This document shows positions 1 to 8,993 of a stretch of 18,745 nucleotides of DNA, in pieces; position 1 is the first letter of the stretch; each line of letters starts with the position of its first letter. The notes beneath the pieces were generated by a model. It searched no databases. It was not told where the DNA came from and saw nothing but the letters and a program-made list of their open reading frames with translations. The stretch is from Halodesulfurarchaeum sp. GTDB lineage: Archaea; Halobacteriota; Halobacteria; Halobacteriales; Halobacteriaceae. Location: the NCBI GenBank assembly GCA_042216015.1, contig JBDGUI010000017.1, positions 8,357 to 27,101 on the forward strand, in the 5' to 3' direction. The position numbers and the translations under genes were made by a program.

Positions 1-42
1 ATCGGACCCGGCCCAGACAAAAGATCGGGCCCGGCCCAGACA
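1..42 (+). repeat. Direct repeat, 19-bp unit with 23-bp period (ATCGGA/GCCCGGCCCAGACA), possibly truncated by the window edge
   Basis: 1-19 ATCGGACCCGGCCCAGACA vs 24-42 ATCGGGCCCGGCCCAGACA, 18/19 identical. Confidence 0.75.
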
Positions 43-92
43 GGAGAGCCACTCCGTAACACCTTAGCGCGCACCAGGCGAAACAGAACCGA

Positions 93-1001
93 ATGGAATC
101 CCTCCGGCGGTACGAGTCCATCATCCCGGAGTTCGACGCGTTCCTCGCCTCCCTCAAACGACCACTCCCGACGACGGTGCGGGTGAACACGATCCGTGCC
201 GATCCCGACCGTGTGATCACAGCCCTCGAGGAGGCCGGCATCCGCGGCACCCGACGACCGGTCCACGAGACCGTCCTCGAACTTGGAACTGACAAGCCGG
301 GGAACACGTGGCCCCACGTCCACGGCTGGATCCACGGCCAGGAGGCGGTCTCGGCGATTCCCCCGCTCGTCCTGGACCCCGAGCCAGGGGAGACGGTCTG
401 GGCGGCCGCCGCCGCGCCGGGCGGCAAGGCCACCCAGCTCGCCGCACAGATGGACGATCGGGGGCTGGTCATCGCGAACGACGACAATCTCGGCCGGATC
501 TCCGCGATGCGGTCGAACGCCGACCGGCTCGGGGTCACCTCGATGGCGGTCACCAACCAGGACGCCCGGAATTACTCCTTCGAGCCACTCGGGATCGATT
601 CGGTCGATCGGGCGCTGGTCGACGCTCCCTGCACGTGTGAGGGAACGCTCAGAAAGAATCCGGACGCCCTCGCTAACGCCGGACCGGGAGCGAGCCGGGA
701 TCTCTCGACGGTCCAGCGGGACATTCTCGTGCGGGCGATCAGGGCAACCCGTCCCGGCGGCACTGTGGTCTACTCGACGTGCACCTTCGCCCCCGAGGAG
801 AACGAGGGGGTCGTCGCGGCAGCAGTCTCGGAGACCGACGCGACAATCGTGGACTTCGAGAGTCCGCTTCCGGCCGAACCGGGGATCGAATCGTGGAACG
901 GAACGGACTTCGACCCCACGGTGTCGAGAACGAAGCGATACTACCCCCACCGGACCGACGCCGGTGGGTTTTACGTCGCCAAGCTGGCGGTGGCCCGATG
1001 A
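93..1001 (+). CDS. RsmB/NOP (NOL1/NOP2/Sun) family SAM-dependent RNA m5C methyltransferase
   Basis: N-terminal P-x-x-x-R-V-N-T (PTTVRVNT), AAPGGK motif I, VDAPCTCEG motif IV Cys, VYSTCT motif VI Cys, PEENE, C-terminal GGFYVAKL. Confidence 0.93.
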   Translation: MESLRRYESIIPEFDAFLASLKRPLPTTVRVNTIRADPDRVITALEEAGIRGTRRPVHETVLELGTDKPGNTWPHVHGWIHGQEAVSAIPPLVLDPEPGETVWAAAAAPGGKATQLAAQMDDRGLVIANDDNLGRISAMRSNADRLGVTSMAVTNQDARNYSFEPLGIDSVDRALVDAPCTCEGTLRKNPDALANAGPGASRDLSTVQRDILVRAIRATRPGGTVVYSTCTFAPEENEGVVAAAVSETDATIVDFESPLPAEPGIESWNGTDFDPTVSRTKRYYPHRTDAGGFYVAKLAVAR

Positions 1002-1519
1002 CGACGGATCCCGCGGCCGAAAACAGGAGCGACGCGTTCGAGCGCCTCCCCGCGACGGCGGCCACTCGAACGGTGAGAAACCGACCGACCCGCGCGGCCG
1101 TCATCGACTACTGGGTCGACCGGTTCGGCGTTCCCGAGGGCACGTTCGACGGGGTCACGTTCTTCGAGAAGGGAGCGGGACGCATCTGGGCGCTCAGTCA
1201 CGAGCTATCCGGGCCGGTCGCCATCGAAGCGCTCGGCCTCCCCATCTTGCGAACCCGCCAGGAGTTCTGGAAGCCCACCACCGACGGAGCCCGACGGTTC
1301 GGAGCGGAGGCGAGTGACTGCGTCATCCATCTCGACCGGACAGAGGCGAAGCGATTCCTCGCTGGCGAGGAACAGGAACTCACGTGGGACGGCGATTGGG
1401 GCTACCTGATCGCGACACACGACATCGCGGGTGGTCCCGAGCCGATCGGAGTCGGTCTGTTCACCTACGGCACGCTCCAGTCGATGATTCCGAAGGGTCG
1501 TCGCCGGGAGTTTCGATGA
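998..1519 (+). CDS. Conserved haloarchaeal protein with probable pre-PUA/PUA-like (Nip7 / RsmF C-terminal-like) fold, DUF7122-type
   Basis: ATG at 998 overlaps the methyltransferase stop (ATGA), in the frame of ORF 779..1519; acidic, with EALGL..LR, WKPTT, FLAGE and C-terminal S(M)IPKGRR segments resembling PUA-associated domains. Confidence 0.75.
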   Translation: MTTDPAAENRSDAFERLPATAATRTVRNRPTRAAVIDYWVDRFGVPEGTFDGVTFFEKGAGRIWALSHELSGPVAIEALGLPILRTRQEFWKPTTDGARRFGAEASDCVIHLDRTEAKRFLAGEEQELTWDGDWGYLIATHDIAGGPEPIGVGLFTYGTLQSMIPKGRRREFR

Positions 1520-1557
1520 GGAAACCTATTTCGGCGACGTGGCCGAATGAGCCGACG

Positions 1558-1923
1558 ATGCATCGACGAAGCGTTTTGCGCGCTGCGGGGACGGTCGCTC
1601 TCGGGCTGACCGCGGGCTGTCTCGCGGATTCGGACCCCGACTTTCAGCTTCGGGTCGTCGATCGGCACTTCGGCCCCGGGCCGACTGGCAACCTGACCGT
1701 AACCGTGACCGTCTCGAACCCGGGCAACACGCGCCAGTCCGGAATGGTCTACGTGAGGAGCGAGGTAAACGAGCGCTCGCTGGTCAGGGTGAGAAACGTC
1801 ACGCTCGAACCTCACGAGACGGTCGAGATCGGACTCACGTACGACGTCGACTACGGGAACGTCACTTCGTTCACCGTGGACGCGAGCGTGGAACCGGCAG
1901 GAGAGAACACACCCGGCGAGTAG
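1558..1923 (+). CDS. Tat-exported lipoprotein with a beta-rich (Ig/CARDB-like) domain
   Basis: MHRRSVLRAAGTVALGLTAGC: twin-Arg, hydrophobic stretch and lipobox Cys; TVTVSNPG...V.LEPHET beta-sandwich pattern; AT-rich CCTATTT about 28 nt upstream. Alternative ATG at 1516 overlaps the previous stop. Confidence 0.8.
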   Translation: MHRRSVLRAAGTVALGLTAGCLADSDPDFQLRVVDRHFGPGPTGNLTVTVTVSNPGNTRQSGMVYVRSEVNERSLVRVRNVTLEPHETVEIGLTYDVDYGNVTSFTVDASVEPAGENTPGE

Positions 1924-1964
1924 CCGGTCTCCCCGTCCGATCTCCACAACCCAAATTCTATACG

Positions 1965-1970
1965 CTTAAA
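1965..1970 (+). promoter_or_regulatory. TATA-like element of grpE
   Basis: CTTAAA 25-30 nt upstream of ATG 1995, the typical haloarchaeal leaderless position. Confidence 0.5.
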
Positions 1971-1994
1971 CGGCGCCAGTGGTTTCTCTCCCCC

Positions 1995-2711
1995 ATGAGC
2001 GATACGGAGGAGTCAACCGGAGAGCCGCCGGACACGGACGAATCCGAGGAGACGAGCCTGCTCGCGGAACTCGCCGCTCTCGATGAGGAGCTGGCCGCTG
2101 CCGTCGGCGACCGGTTCGATCGACTCGAGGAGGTGGAAGCGGAGCTCGAAGCCCTCGAGGACGAACTCGAAGCCGTCGAGGAGCGACTCGAACACACGCG
2201 AGCGGATTTCAGGAATTACAAGGAGCGAGCAAAGCGCAGACAGGACGAAATTCGAGAGCGGGCCACCGAGGATCTGATCGAGCGACTGCTCGAGGTGCGG
2301 GACAACCTCGGTCGCGCGCTCACGGAGGAATCCGACGACGTCGACTCGCTGCGGGAGGGGGTCGAACTCACCAGGAAGCAGTTCGACCACGTCTTCGAGG
2401 AGGAGGGCGTCGAGCGGATCGATCCCGAACCGGGGACGGAGGTCGACGCGAACCGTCACGAGGTGATGATGCGTGTCGAGAGTGAACAGCCGGGAGACAC
2501 CATCGATTCGGTGTATCGGCCGGGATACGAGATGGCCGGCAAGATTCTCCGCCCCGCTCAGGTGACAGTCGCCGAGGAGCCCCCCGCCGAATCGACCGGT
2601 TCGGAAACGGATTCCATGGATTCGGGGAGCGAGAACGGAGAAACTGAGGACCCGCCCGTCTCGAATGTGGCGGATAACGGGTCGGAGGCCGAGCGGGAAG
2701 CGGAGCGATAA
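1995..2711 (+). CDS. grpE: Nucleotide exchange factor GrpE
   Basis: ADFRNYKER, LLEVRDNLGRAL, HEVMM, PGYEMAGKILRPAQVTV motifs; upstream of dnaK. Confidence 0.96.
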   Translation: MSDTEESTGEPPDTDESEETSLLAELAALDEELAAAVGDRFDRLEEVEAELEALEDELEAVEERLEHTRADFRNYKERAKRRQDEIRERATEDLIERLLEVRDNLGRALTEESDDVDSLREGVELTRKQFDHVFEEEGVERIDPEPGTEVDANRHEVMMRVESEQPGDTIDSVYRPGYEMAGKILRPAQVTVAEEPPAESTGSETDSMDSGSENGETEDPPVSNVADNGSEAEREAER

Positions 2712-2831
2712 TCCGAGACCGGCAGGTGGTGTTATTGCGGTCCGCTTATATCCTGTGGCCGGGTGATATTCCCGTTTTCAAAAATCACACGATAGCGACG
2801 GGGTCCTGTGTTTCGGGGACGATTCGCACTA

Positions 2832-2850
2832 GCAAGGCTTAAAGGGCAAA
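2832..2850 (+). promoter_or_regulatory. Putative dnaK promoter (BRE-like GCAAGG, CTTAAA, downstream CAAA)
   Basis: GCAAGGCTTAAAGGGCAAA about 30 nt upstream of ATG 2872, within a 160-bp intergenic gap. Confidence 0.5.
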
Positions 2851-2871
2851 GAGGGTATACAATCACCCAAG

Positions 2872-4758
2872 ATGGCCACTGAGAAAATTCTCGGAATCGA
2901 CCTCGGGACCACGAACAGCGCCTTTGCAATCATGGAGGGCGGCGACCCGGAAATCATCGTCAACGGCGAAGGCGACCGAACCACCCCCTCGGTCGTCGCG
3001 TTCGACGATGGGGAGAAACTCGTCGGCAAGGCAGCGAAAAACCAGGCCGTCCAGAACCCCGAGAACACGGTCCAGTCCATCAAGCGCCACATGGGCGAGG
3101 ACTACACCGTGGAACTCGAAGGCGAGGAGTACACCCCTGAGCAAATCTCCGCGATGATCCTGCAAAAGATCAAGCGCGACGCCGAGGAGTACCTCGATCA
3201 GGACGTCGAGAAGGCGGTCATCACCGTCCCGGCGTACTTCAACGACAAACAGCGACAGGCGACCAAGGACGCCGGCGAAATCGCCGGGCTCGAAGTCGAA
3301 CGGATCGTCAACGAGCCGACGGCGGCCAGCATGGCCTATGGCCTCGACGACGAATCCGATCAGACGGTCCTCGTCTTCGACCTCGGGGGAGGCACGTTCG
3401 ACGTCTCGATTCTCGAACTTGGCGGCGGGATCTACGAGGTCGTGGCCACCAACGGCGACAATACCCTCGGCGGTGACGACTGGGACGAGGCCATCATCGA
3501 CTGGCTGGCGAACAACTTCGAGAACGAACACGGGATCGACCTCAGGGAGGACCGACAGGCCCTCCAGCGGCTGAAGGACGCCGCCGAGGAGGCAAAGATC
3601 GAACTCACCTCCCGGAAGGAGACGACGATCAACCTCCCCTTCATCACGGCCACCGACGACGGACCGATCCACCTCGAAGAGGATCTCACGCGAGCGAAGT
3701 TCGAATCCCTCACGCAGGATCTCCTCGAACGGACCGTCGATCCGACCGACCAGGCCCTCGAGGATGCCGGCCTCTCGAAGAGCGACATCGATGAGGTGAT
3801 TCTCGTCGGCGGTTCGACCCGAATGCCGCAGGTCCAGGAGAAAGTTCAAGAACTCACCGGACAGGAGCCAAAGAAGAACGTCAACCCGGACGAGGCCGTC
3901 GCACTCGGCGCGGCGATCCAGGGTGGCGTTCTCGCCGGTGAGGTCGAGGACATCGTGCTTCTGGATGTCACGCCGCTCTCACTCGGGGTGGAGGTCAAAG
4001 GTGGGCTGTTCGAACGGCTCATCGAGAAGAACACCACCATACCCACGGAGGAGTCGAAGATCTTCACGACCGCCGCGCCCAACCAGACCTCGGTCCAGAT
4101 CCGGGTCTTCCAGGGCGAGCGCGAGATCGCCGAGGAGAACGAACTGCTCGGCGAGTTCATGTTGACCGGCATCCCACCGGCTCCGGCCGGAACTCCGCAG
4201 ATCGAGGTCACCTTCTCGATCGACTCCAACGGGATCGTCAACGTCTCCGCCGAGGACCAGGGCTCGGGCGAGAAGGAGGAGATCACCATCGAGGGGGGCG
4301 TTGGCCTCTCCGACGAGGAGATCGAGGAGATGAAAGAGGAGGCCGAAGCCCACGCCGAGGAGGACCGGAAGCGGCGCGAACGCATCGAGGCCCGGAACGA
4401 GGCCGAGAGTGCAGTGCGGCGAGCGGAAACCCTGCTCGAGGAGAACGAGGAGATGATAGACGAGGACCTCGAGTCGGACATCCAGGTCGAGATCGAGACG
4501 GTCGAGGAGGTACTCGAGGACGATGACGCGACCGTCGAGGAACTCCGCGAGGCGACCGAGGGGCTCACGGACGCGCTTCAGGAGATCGGCAAGCAAGCCT
4601 ACCAGCAGGCCGAGGGGGCTGCAGGCGCCGCCGGTGCGGCTGGCGCCGGTCCCGGACCGGCCGGGGCCGCCGGAGGTGGCGGCGCTCCCGGCGGCGACGC
4701 GGGCGAGGAGTACGTCGACGCCGACTTCGAAGACGTCGACGACGAAGACGACTCGTAG
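2872..4758 (+). CDS. dnaK: Molecular chaperone DnaK (Hsp70)
   Basis: [47 protein letters not shown], linker [11 protein letters not shown], acidic C-terminal [10 protein letters not shown]. Confidence 0.99.
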   Translation: MATEKILGIDLGTTNSAFAIMEGGDPEIIVNGEGDRTTPSVVAFDDGEKLVGKAAKNQAVQNPENTVQSIKRHMGEDYTVELEGEEYTPEQISAMILQKIKRDAEEYLDQDVEKAVITVPAYFNDKQRQATKDAGEIAGLEVERIVNEPTAASMAYGLDDESDQTVLVFDLGGGTFDVSILELGGGIYEVVATNGDNTLGGDDWDEAIIDWLANNFENEHGIDLREDRQALQRLKDAAEEAKIELTSRKETTINLPFITATDDGPIHLEEDLTRAKFESLTQDLLERTVDPTDQALEDAGLSKSDIDEVILVGGSTRMPQVQEKVQELTGQEPKKNVNPDEAVALGAAIQGGVLAGEVEDIVLLDVTPLSLGVEVKGGLFERLIEKNTTIPTEESKIFTTAAPNQTSVQIRVFQGEREIAEENELLGEFMLTGIPPAPAGTPQIEVTFSIDSNGIVNVSAEDQGSGEKEEITIEGGVGLSDEEIEEMKEEAEAHAEEDRKRRERIEARNEAESAVRRAETLLEENEEMIDEDLESDIQVEIETVEEVLEDDDATVEELREATEGLTDALQEIGKQAYQQAEGAAGAAGAAGAGPGPAGAAGGGGAPGGDAGEEYVDADFEDVDDEDDS

Positions 4759-4838
4759 GGACGATCGGCGAGAATCCACGGCTATTGCACTGATGCAACA
4801 AGAACAAGTGCGTGACTGCGCTACCCGGATTCGAGCAG

Positions 4839-6005
4839 ATGAGTGAGGATTTCTATTCGTTGCTCGGCGTGTCTCGCGACGCGAGCGAGGAGGAGATCAA
4901 GCGAGCCTACCGCCAGAAGGCCGCGAAGAGTCACCCGGACGTCAGCGACGACGAGAACGCAGAGGAACACTTCAAGAAGCTCCAGAAGGCAAAGGAAGTC
5001 CTCACCGACGAGGAGAAGCGCCGAATGTACGACCAGCTCGGCCACGAACGGTTCATGCAGGCCGACAAACAGGGGGCCACCGACACCGGGGGTCGTGGTG
5101 GAGCCCGGGCTGGGCAGCGACGCGCTGGTGGAGACCCATTCGGGGGGATGGGAGACATCGGAGACATTTTCGACCAGTTCTTTGGCGGGGGCGGTCGTGG
5201 CCAAACACGGTCGCGGCAGCGGCCGTCGAGCGGAAGGGACCTGCGCACATCATTGCGAATCGACCTCGAGGAGGCGGCAAAGGGGGCCAAAAAGCAGGTG
5301 ACGGTCACTCGACCGGAAACCTGTTCGGTCTGTGACGGGAGCGGACACCCGGCCGGAGCAGAGGCCCGGCCCTGCCCCGAATGCAACGGACGCGGGGAGG
5401 TTCGGGAAGTTCGTCGGACCGCACTTGGCCGAATCCAGCAGACCCGCACCTGTCCCCGATGTGAGGGGAGCGGAGAGATCTACGAGGAGGTGTGTTCGAA
5501 CTGTGGCGGAGACGGGACGGACAGACAGCGGGCGACGCTCTCTGTCGACATTCCAGCAGGCATTCGTGACGGCCAGACCCTCCGGATGGACGGCGAGGGC
5601 GCGCCAGGGGATCGCGGCGCCCCGAAGGGCGATCTGCTCATCGAGGTTACCGTCGAGGACCATCCCGACTTCGAACGCGACGGCGACGATCTGCACACAC
5701 AGATTCCCATCTCCTTCCCGCAGGCAGTCTTCGGTGATACGATCACGGTCGAAACGTTCGATGGAACACTCGAGGTCGACATCCCGCAGGGAACCCAAAG
5801 TGGCGAGACCCTTCGCCTGCGCGATGAGGGAATCCCGCACCTCAGAGGACGGGGGCGGGGGGATCTGTACGTCCACCTCCAGGTCGTGACTCCGGAAGAC
5901 CTCACCGAGGAGCAAAAGTCGGCCCTCGAGGAATTTGCGGAGGCTGGCGGGGAAGAGGTCGACGTGAACGACGGGTTCTTCGACCGGATCAAACAATCGC
6001 TGTAG
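4839..6005 (+). CDS. dnaJ: Molecular chaperone DnaJ (Hsp40, class A)
   Basis: Start MSEDFYSLLGV at ATG 4839; HPD motif; G/F-rich region; four CxxCxGxG repeats (CSVCDGSG, CPECNGRG, CPRCEGSG, CSNCGGDG). Confidence 0.98.
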   Translation: MSEDFYSLLGVSRDASEEEIKRAYRQKAAKSHPDVSDDENAEEHFKKLQKAKEVLTDEEKRRMYDQLGHERFMQADKQGATDTGGRGGARAGQRRAGGDPFGGMGDIGDIFDQFFGGGGRGQTRSRQRPSSGRDLRTSLRIDLEEAAKGAKKQVTVTRPETCSVCDGSGHPAGAEARPCPECNGRGEVREVRRTALGRIQQTRTCPRCEGSGEIYEEVCSNCGGDGTDRQRATLSVDIPAGIRDGQTLRMDGEGAPGDRGAPKGDLLIEVTVEDHPDFERDGDDLHTQIPISFPQAVFGDTITVETFDGTLEVDIPQGTQSGETLRLRDEGIPHLRGRGRGDLYVHLQVVTPEDLTEEQKSALEEFAEAGGEEVDVNDGFFDRIKQSL

Positions 6006-6051
6006 GACCTGGCCCACAAACCATATTGCTCGTGGGGTCGATTCACAGTGC

Positions 6052-6624
6052 ATGTACGTTCGGGACGCGAAAAACCGCGAGGAAGTGTGGCTCCTCGACC
6101 GCCTCGAGGAATTCGGCTTCGAGGACGCCGCGTTCCGGTCCCGAGACTACGTTCTTGCCATCGAGGAACCCACGGGCGAGAAGATGGGATTCGGCCGACT
6201 GCGCGTCCACCGAACCGAAGAGGGCGAGGTCTGTGAGGTGACGAATCTGGGCGTCTTGAGGGACTTCCGGGGAAACGGCGTGGGCGCCCACATCCTCGAG
6301 CGCCTCATCGAGACCGCCCGGGAGGAGGGTTTCGAGACGGTATACGCACTCTCCCCGGCCCCCTCCTATCTCGAGCAGTTCGGATTCGAGCCCGTTGATT
6401 CGGAGACGCTTCCGGCAGCGCTCGAGAACCGTCAGGAAGCGATCCGGGAGACACATCCGGACGCGGCACCGGCGGTGATCGACGTCGAGGACTTTCACGT
6501 CCCCCGGCGACTCAGACGGCGATTCGGCAGCGACGATGACGAGTCGACCGACTCGAAGGAACGGCCGGAGGACTTCGGTATCGATCCGGAGACGGCGACG
6601 TACAAGTACGACGTCTCGGATTGA
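6052..6624 (+). CDS. GNAT family N-acetyltransferase
   Basis: Motif A V-L-R-D-F-R-G-N-G-V-G, then YLEQFGF motif B; follows dnaJ. Confidence 0.9.
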   Translation: MYVRDAKNREEVWLLDRLEEFGFEDAAFRSRDYVLAIEEPTGEKMGFGRLRVHRTEEGEVCEVTNLGVLRDFRGNGVGAHILERLIETAREEGFETVYALSPAPSYLEQFGFEPVDSETLPAALENRQEAIRETHPDAAPAVIDVEDFHVPRRLRRRFGSDDDESTDSKERPEDFGIDPETATYKYDVSD

Positions 6625-6721
6625 GATGTGGCAAGCGACGAACGTCACCCCCTCCAGAAAGGGGCGAGTGGGACCAGTCCCGCGAGTTTTTTAGGAACCG
6701 GCCGCGGAGAAAGGGATACAA

Positions 6722-8089
6722 ATGCCCACGGAGTCCTACGACGTTGTCGTGGTCGGTGGGGGAACTGCTGGTTCCTTCGCCGCTGCGACGATTGCGGATG
6801 CGGATCTCGAGGTCGTCCTCCTCGAGCGCAAACCCGAATCCGAGGCCGGCCACATCGCCTGTGGCGACGCGATCAAGGGCAAGTCCACCTTCCCTGACGT
6901 CATCGATCGCGAGTACCTCAAAGAGGAGGCGTTCACGAACGAGAACATCCAGTACGCCCGTTTCGAGAACCCCCAGACCGGAGAAACACTCCAAATCCCG
7001 TTCGAGGAGGCCGGGGCGGTCGTCGATCGACGGCGATACGGGGAGGTTCTCCTCGAGGAAGCCGAGCGACTCGGGGTCGACATCAGGTACGGACACGTCG
7101 TCCAGGACGTGATACAGGAAGACGGGCAGGTCGTCGGTGTCAGGAGTAAAAAGAACGGCACCACGAAAACGTTCGAGGGATCGATCACGATCGACGCCGC
7201 CGGGGCGATGTCGATCCTCCAGGACGAGGTGGACTTCACCGAGAGCACCTTCGACACCAACGTCCACTACCAGCAGTACTGTTCGGCCTACCGCGAGATA
7301 ATCGATGTCGAGGAGCCGGTCGAGTACGACGATTCCATCGTCTTCATGCCGACCGCAGAACTCGGTTACCTCTGGTACTTCCCTCGCACCGAAACGACGA
7401 TCAACGCCGGCCTCGGCTTCCAGATGAACAAGCCGCCGATGAAACTCGTCGATCACCTCAAATCTGACGTCAGAACCCGCGAAGAGTTCGAAAACGCCGA
7501 AGTCGTCGACAAGCTTGGGGCCGCCCTGCCGACCCGCCGACCGTACGATTCCGCAGTCGCACCTGGCTACGCCGCGGTCGGAGACGCAGCGGCCCACGTC
7601 AATCCGGCCACCGGCGGTGGCATTCCCGGGGCAGCGAAGGCCGGCCACTGGGCCGCAACGGTCGCGATCGAGGCCATCGAGGAGGGTCGCGTCAGCGAGG
7701 AGGCCCTCTGGGACTACAACCGGAGAGTCATGACCGACTTCGGAAAACGGTTTGCGGCGATCGACCTCTATAACGTCTGGGCTGGCACGCACTCCGTGGA
7801 CGAGTTGACCGGTATCGTGACCGCACTGCCCGGACAGGCACTGATCGACGCCCTCGGAAAGGGAGCGGCCGGCATGTCACTCGGGTTGAAACTGGACACG
7901 CTTTACCGGACGTTTGGCCACTGGAGCACGCTCTTTGGGCTCTATCGGGTCCACCAGCAGGCCCAGGACCTCAAAGACATCTACGAAGCGTACCCGGAGA
8001 GCCCGGACGGATTCGCGGCCTGGAAGGAACGACGGGACGAGATTTACGATCGCGTCTACGAGATCACCGGGGCCGACCCGAAGTACTGA
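6722..8089 (+). CDS. Geranylgeranyl reductase family flavoprotein (digeranylgeranylglycerophospholipid reductase-like)
   Basis: Rossmann DVVVVGGGTAG, ACGDA, GYLWYFP (YxWxFP), VGDAAAHVNPATGGGI. Confidence 0.9.
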   Translation: MPTESYDVVVVGGGTAGSFAAATIADADLEVVLLERKPESEAGHIACGDAIKGKSTFPDVIDREYLKEEAFTNENIQYARFENPQTGETLQIPFEEAGAVVDRRRYGEVLLEEAERLGVDIRYGHVVQDVIQEDGQVVGVRSKKNGTTKTFEGSITIDAAGAMSILQDEVDFTESTFDTNVHYQQYCSAYREIIDVEEPVEYDDSIVFMPTAELGYLWYFPRTETTINAGLGFQMNKPPMKLVDHLKSDVRTREEFENAEVVDKLGAALPTRRPYDSAVAPGYAAVGDAAAHVNPATGGGIPGAAKAGHWAATVAIEAIEEGRVSEEALWDYNRRVMTDFGKRFAAIDLYNVWAGTHSVDELTGIVTALPGQALIDALGKGAAGMSLGLKLDTLYRTFGHWSTLFGLYRVHQQAQDLKDIYEAYPESPDGFAAWKERRDEIYDRVYEITGADPKY

Positions 8090-8143
8090 CCTCGTTTTCC
8101 GTGGTCACAACCGTTTTTCCGCTAGCGAATCGAACACTCAAAT

Positions 8144-8959
8144 ATGCCTACTGAGGCGCCAACGACGACTGGCGGCATGCCACGATTGGGTATCGGCACG
8201 TGGGAAAACACCGATCCGGACGCCTGTGAAAACGCGGTCAAAACGGCCCTCGAGATGGGCTATCGGCACGTCGACACCGCCCAGGCCTACGGCAACGAGG
8301 CGGACGTCGGTCGCGGGATCGCCGCCGCGGACGTCGATCGAGACGACGTGTTCCTGGCGACGAAGGTCTGGATCGACAGTCTCGCCCCGGAAGATGTCCA
8401 CCGGACGACTCGAGAGAGTCTCGACAAACTCGGCGTCGATGCTGTCGACCTCCTCTACGTTCACTGGCCCGCGGACACCTACGATCCCGAGGAGACCCTC
8501 TCCGCCTTCGTGGAACTCCGGGAGGAGGGTCTGACCGAACACATCGGCGTGAGCAACTTCGAGCCGAGACACCTCGAAACCGCCCAGGAGGCTCTCGGCG
8601 AGGACCCCTTCGCGAATCAGGTCGAAATGCATCCACTTTTGCCCCGGCGGGATCTCCGCGAAGCGATGGCCGATATGGACACAGAGATCGTCGCCTACTC
8701 CCCGCTGGCTCGAGGTCAGGTCTTCGACGTCCCCGAGATCTCGGCCGTGGCCGACAGACATGGCGTGAGCGAAGCACAGGTCAGTCTTGCCTGGCTGGCC
8801 GAGAAGGGAGTGACCGCGATTCCCAAGGCAACCTCGAGAGCGCACATCGCCGACAACTGGCGGAGTCTCGACCTCGAACTCGCAGAGGACGTCGAGAAAA
8901 TCGATGGGATCTCACGACGTGAGCGCCAGGTCGATCCCGGGTTTGCGCCCTGGAACTGA
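8144..8959 (+). CDS. Aldo/keto reductase
   Basis: MPRLGIGTW, GYRHVDTAQAYGNE (Asp/Tyr), FLATK (Lys), LYVHWP (His), IGVSNF, AYSPLARG, IPKA. Confidence 0.96.
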   Translation: MPTEAPTTTGGMPRLGIGTWENTDPDACENAVKTALEMGYRHVDTAQAYGNEADVGRGIAAADVDRDDVFLATKVWIDSLAPEDVHRTTRESLDKLGVDAVDLLYVHWPADTYDPEETLSAFVELREEGLTEHIGVSNFEPRHLETAQEALGEDPFANQVEMHPLLPRRDLREAMADMDTEIVAYSPLARGQVFDVPEISAVADRHGVSEAQVSLAWLAEKGVTAIPKATSRAHIADNWRSLDLELAEDVEKIDGISRRERQVDPGFAPWN

Positions 8960-8993
8960 AAAACGGTTCTTCCCCGAGCGAATCCGCCCGACG

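Noticed and set aside
779..997. Extended starts from the ORF track (779, 1384, 4812, 10064, 16812, 18581)
   Set aside because: They overlap neighbouring genes or promoters; downstream ATGs fit family N-termini, and most also fit TATA spacing, better.
3079..3150. DnaK lacking the roughly 23-aa N-terminal insert
   Set aside because: Known signature of archaeal and Gram-positive Hsp70, not novel.
4612..4705. GC-rich Gly/Ala repeat at the dnaK 3' end
   Set aside because: Ordinary flexible C-terminal linker of DnaK.
2863..4779. Long antisense ORFs opposite dnaK (similar ones lie opposite dnaJ, the reductase, the ligase and the DHH gene)
   Set aside because: Shadow ORFs expected from high-GC codon bias; fully overlapped by well-supported genes.
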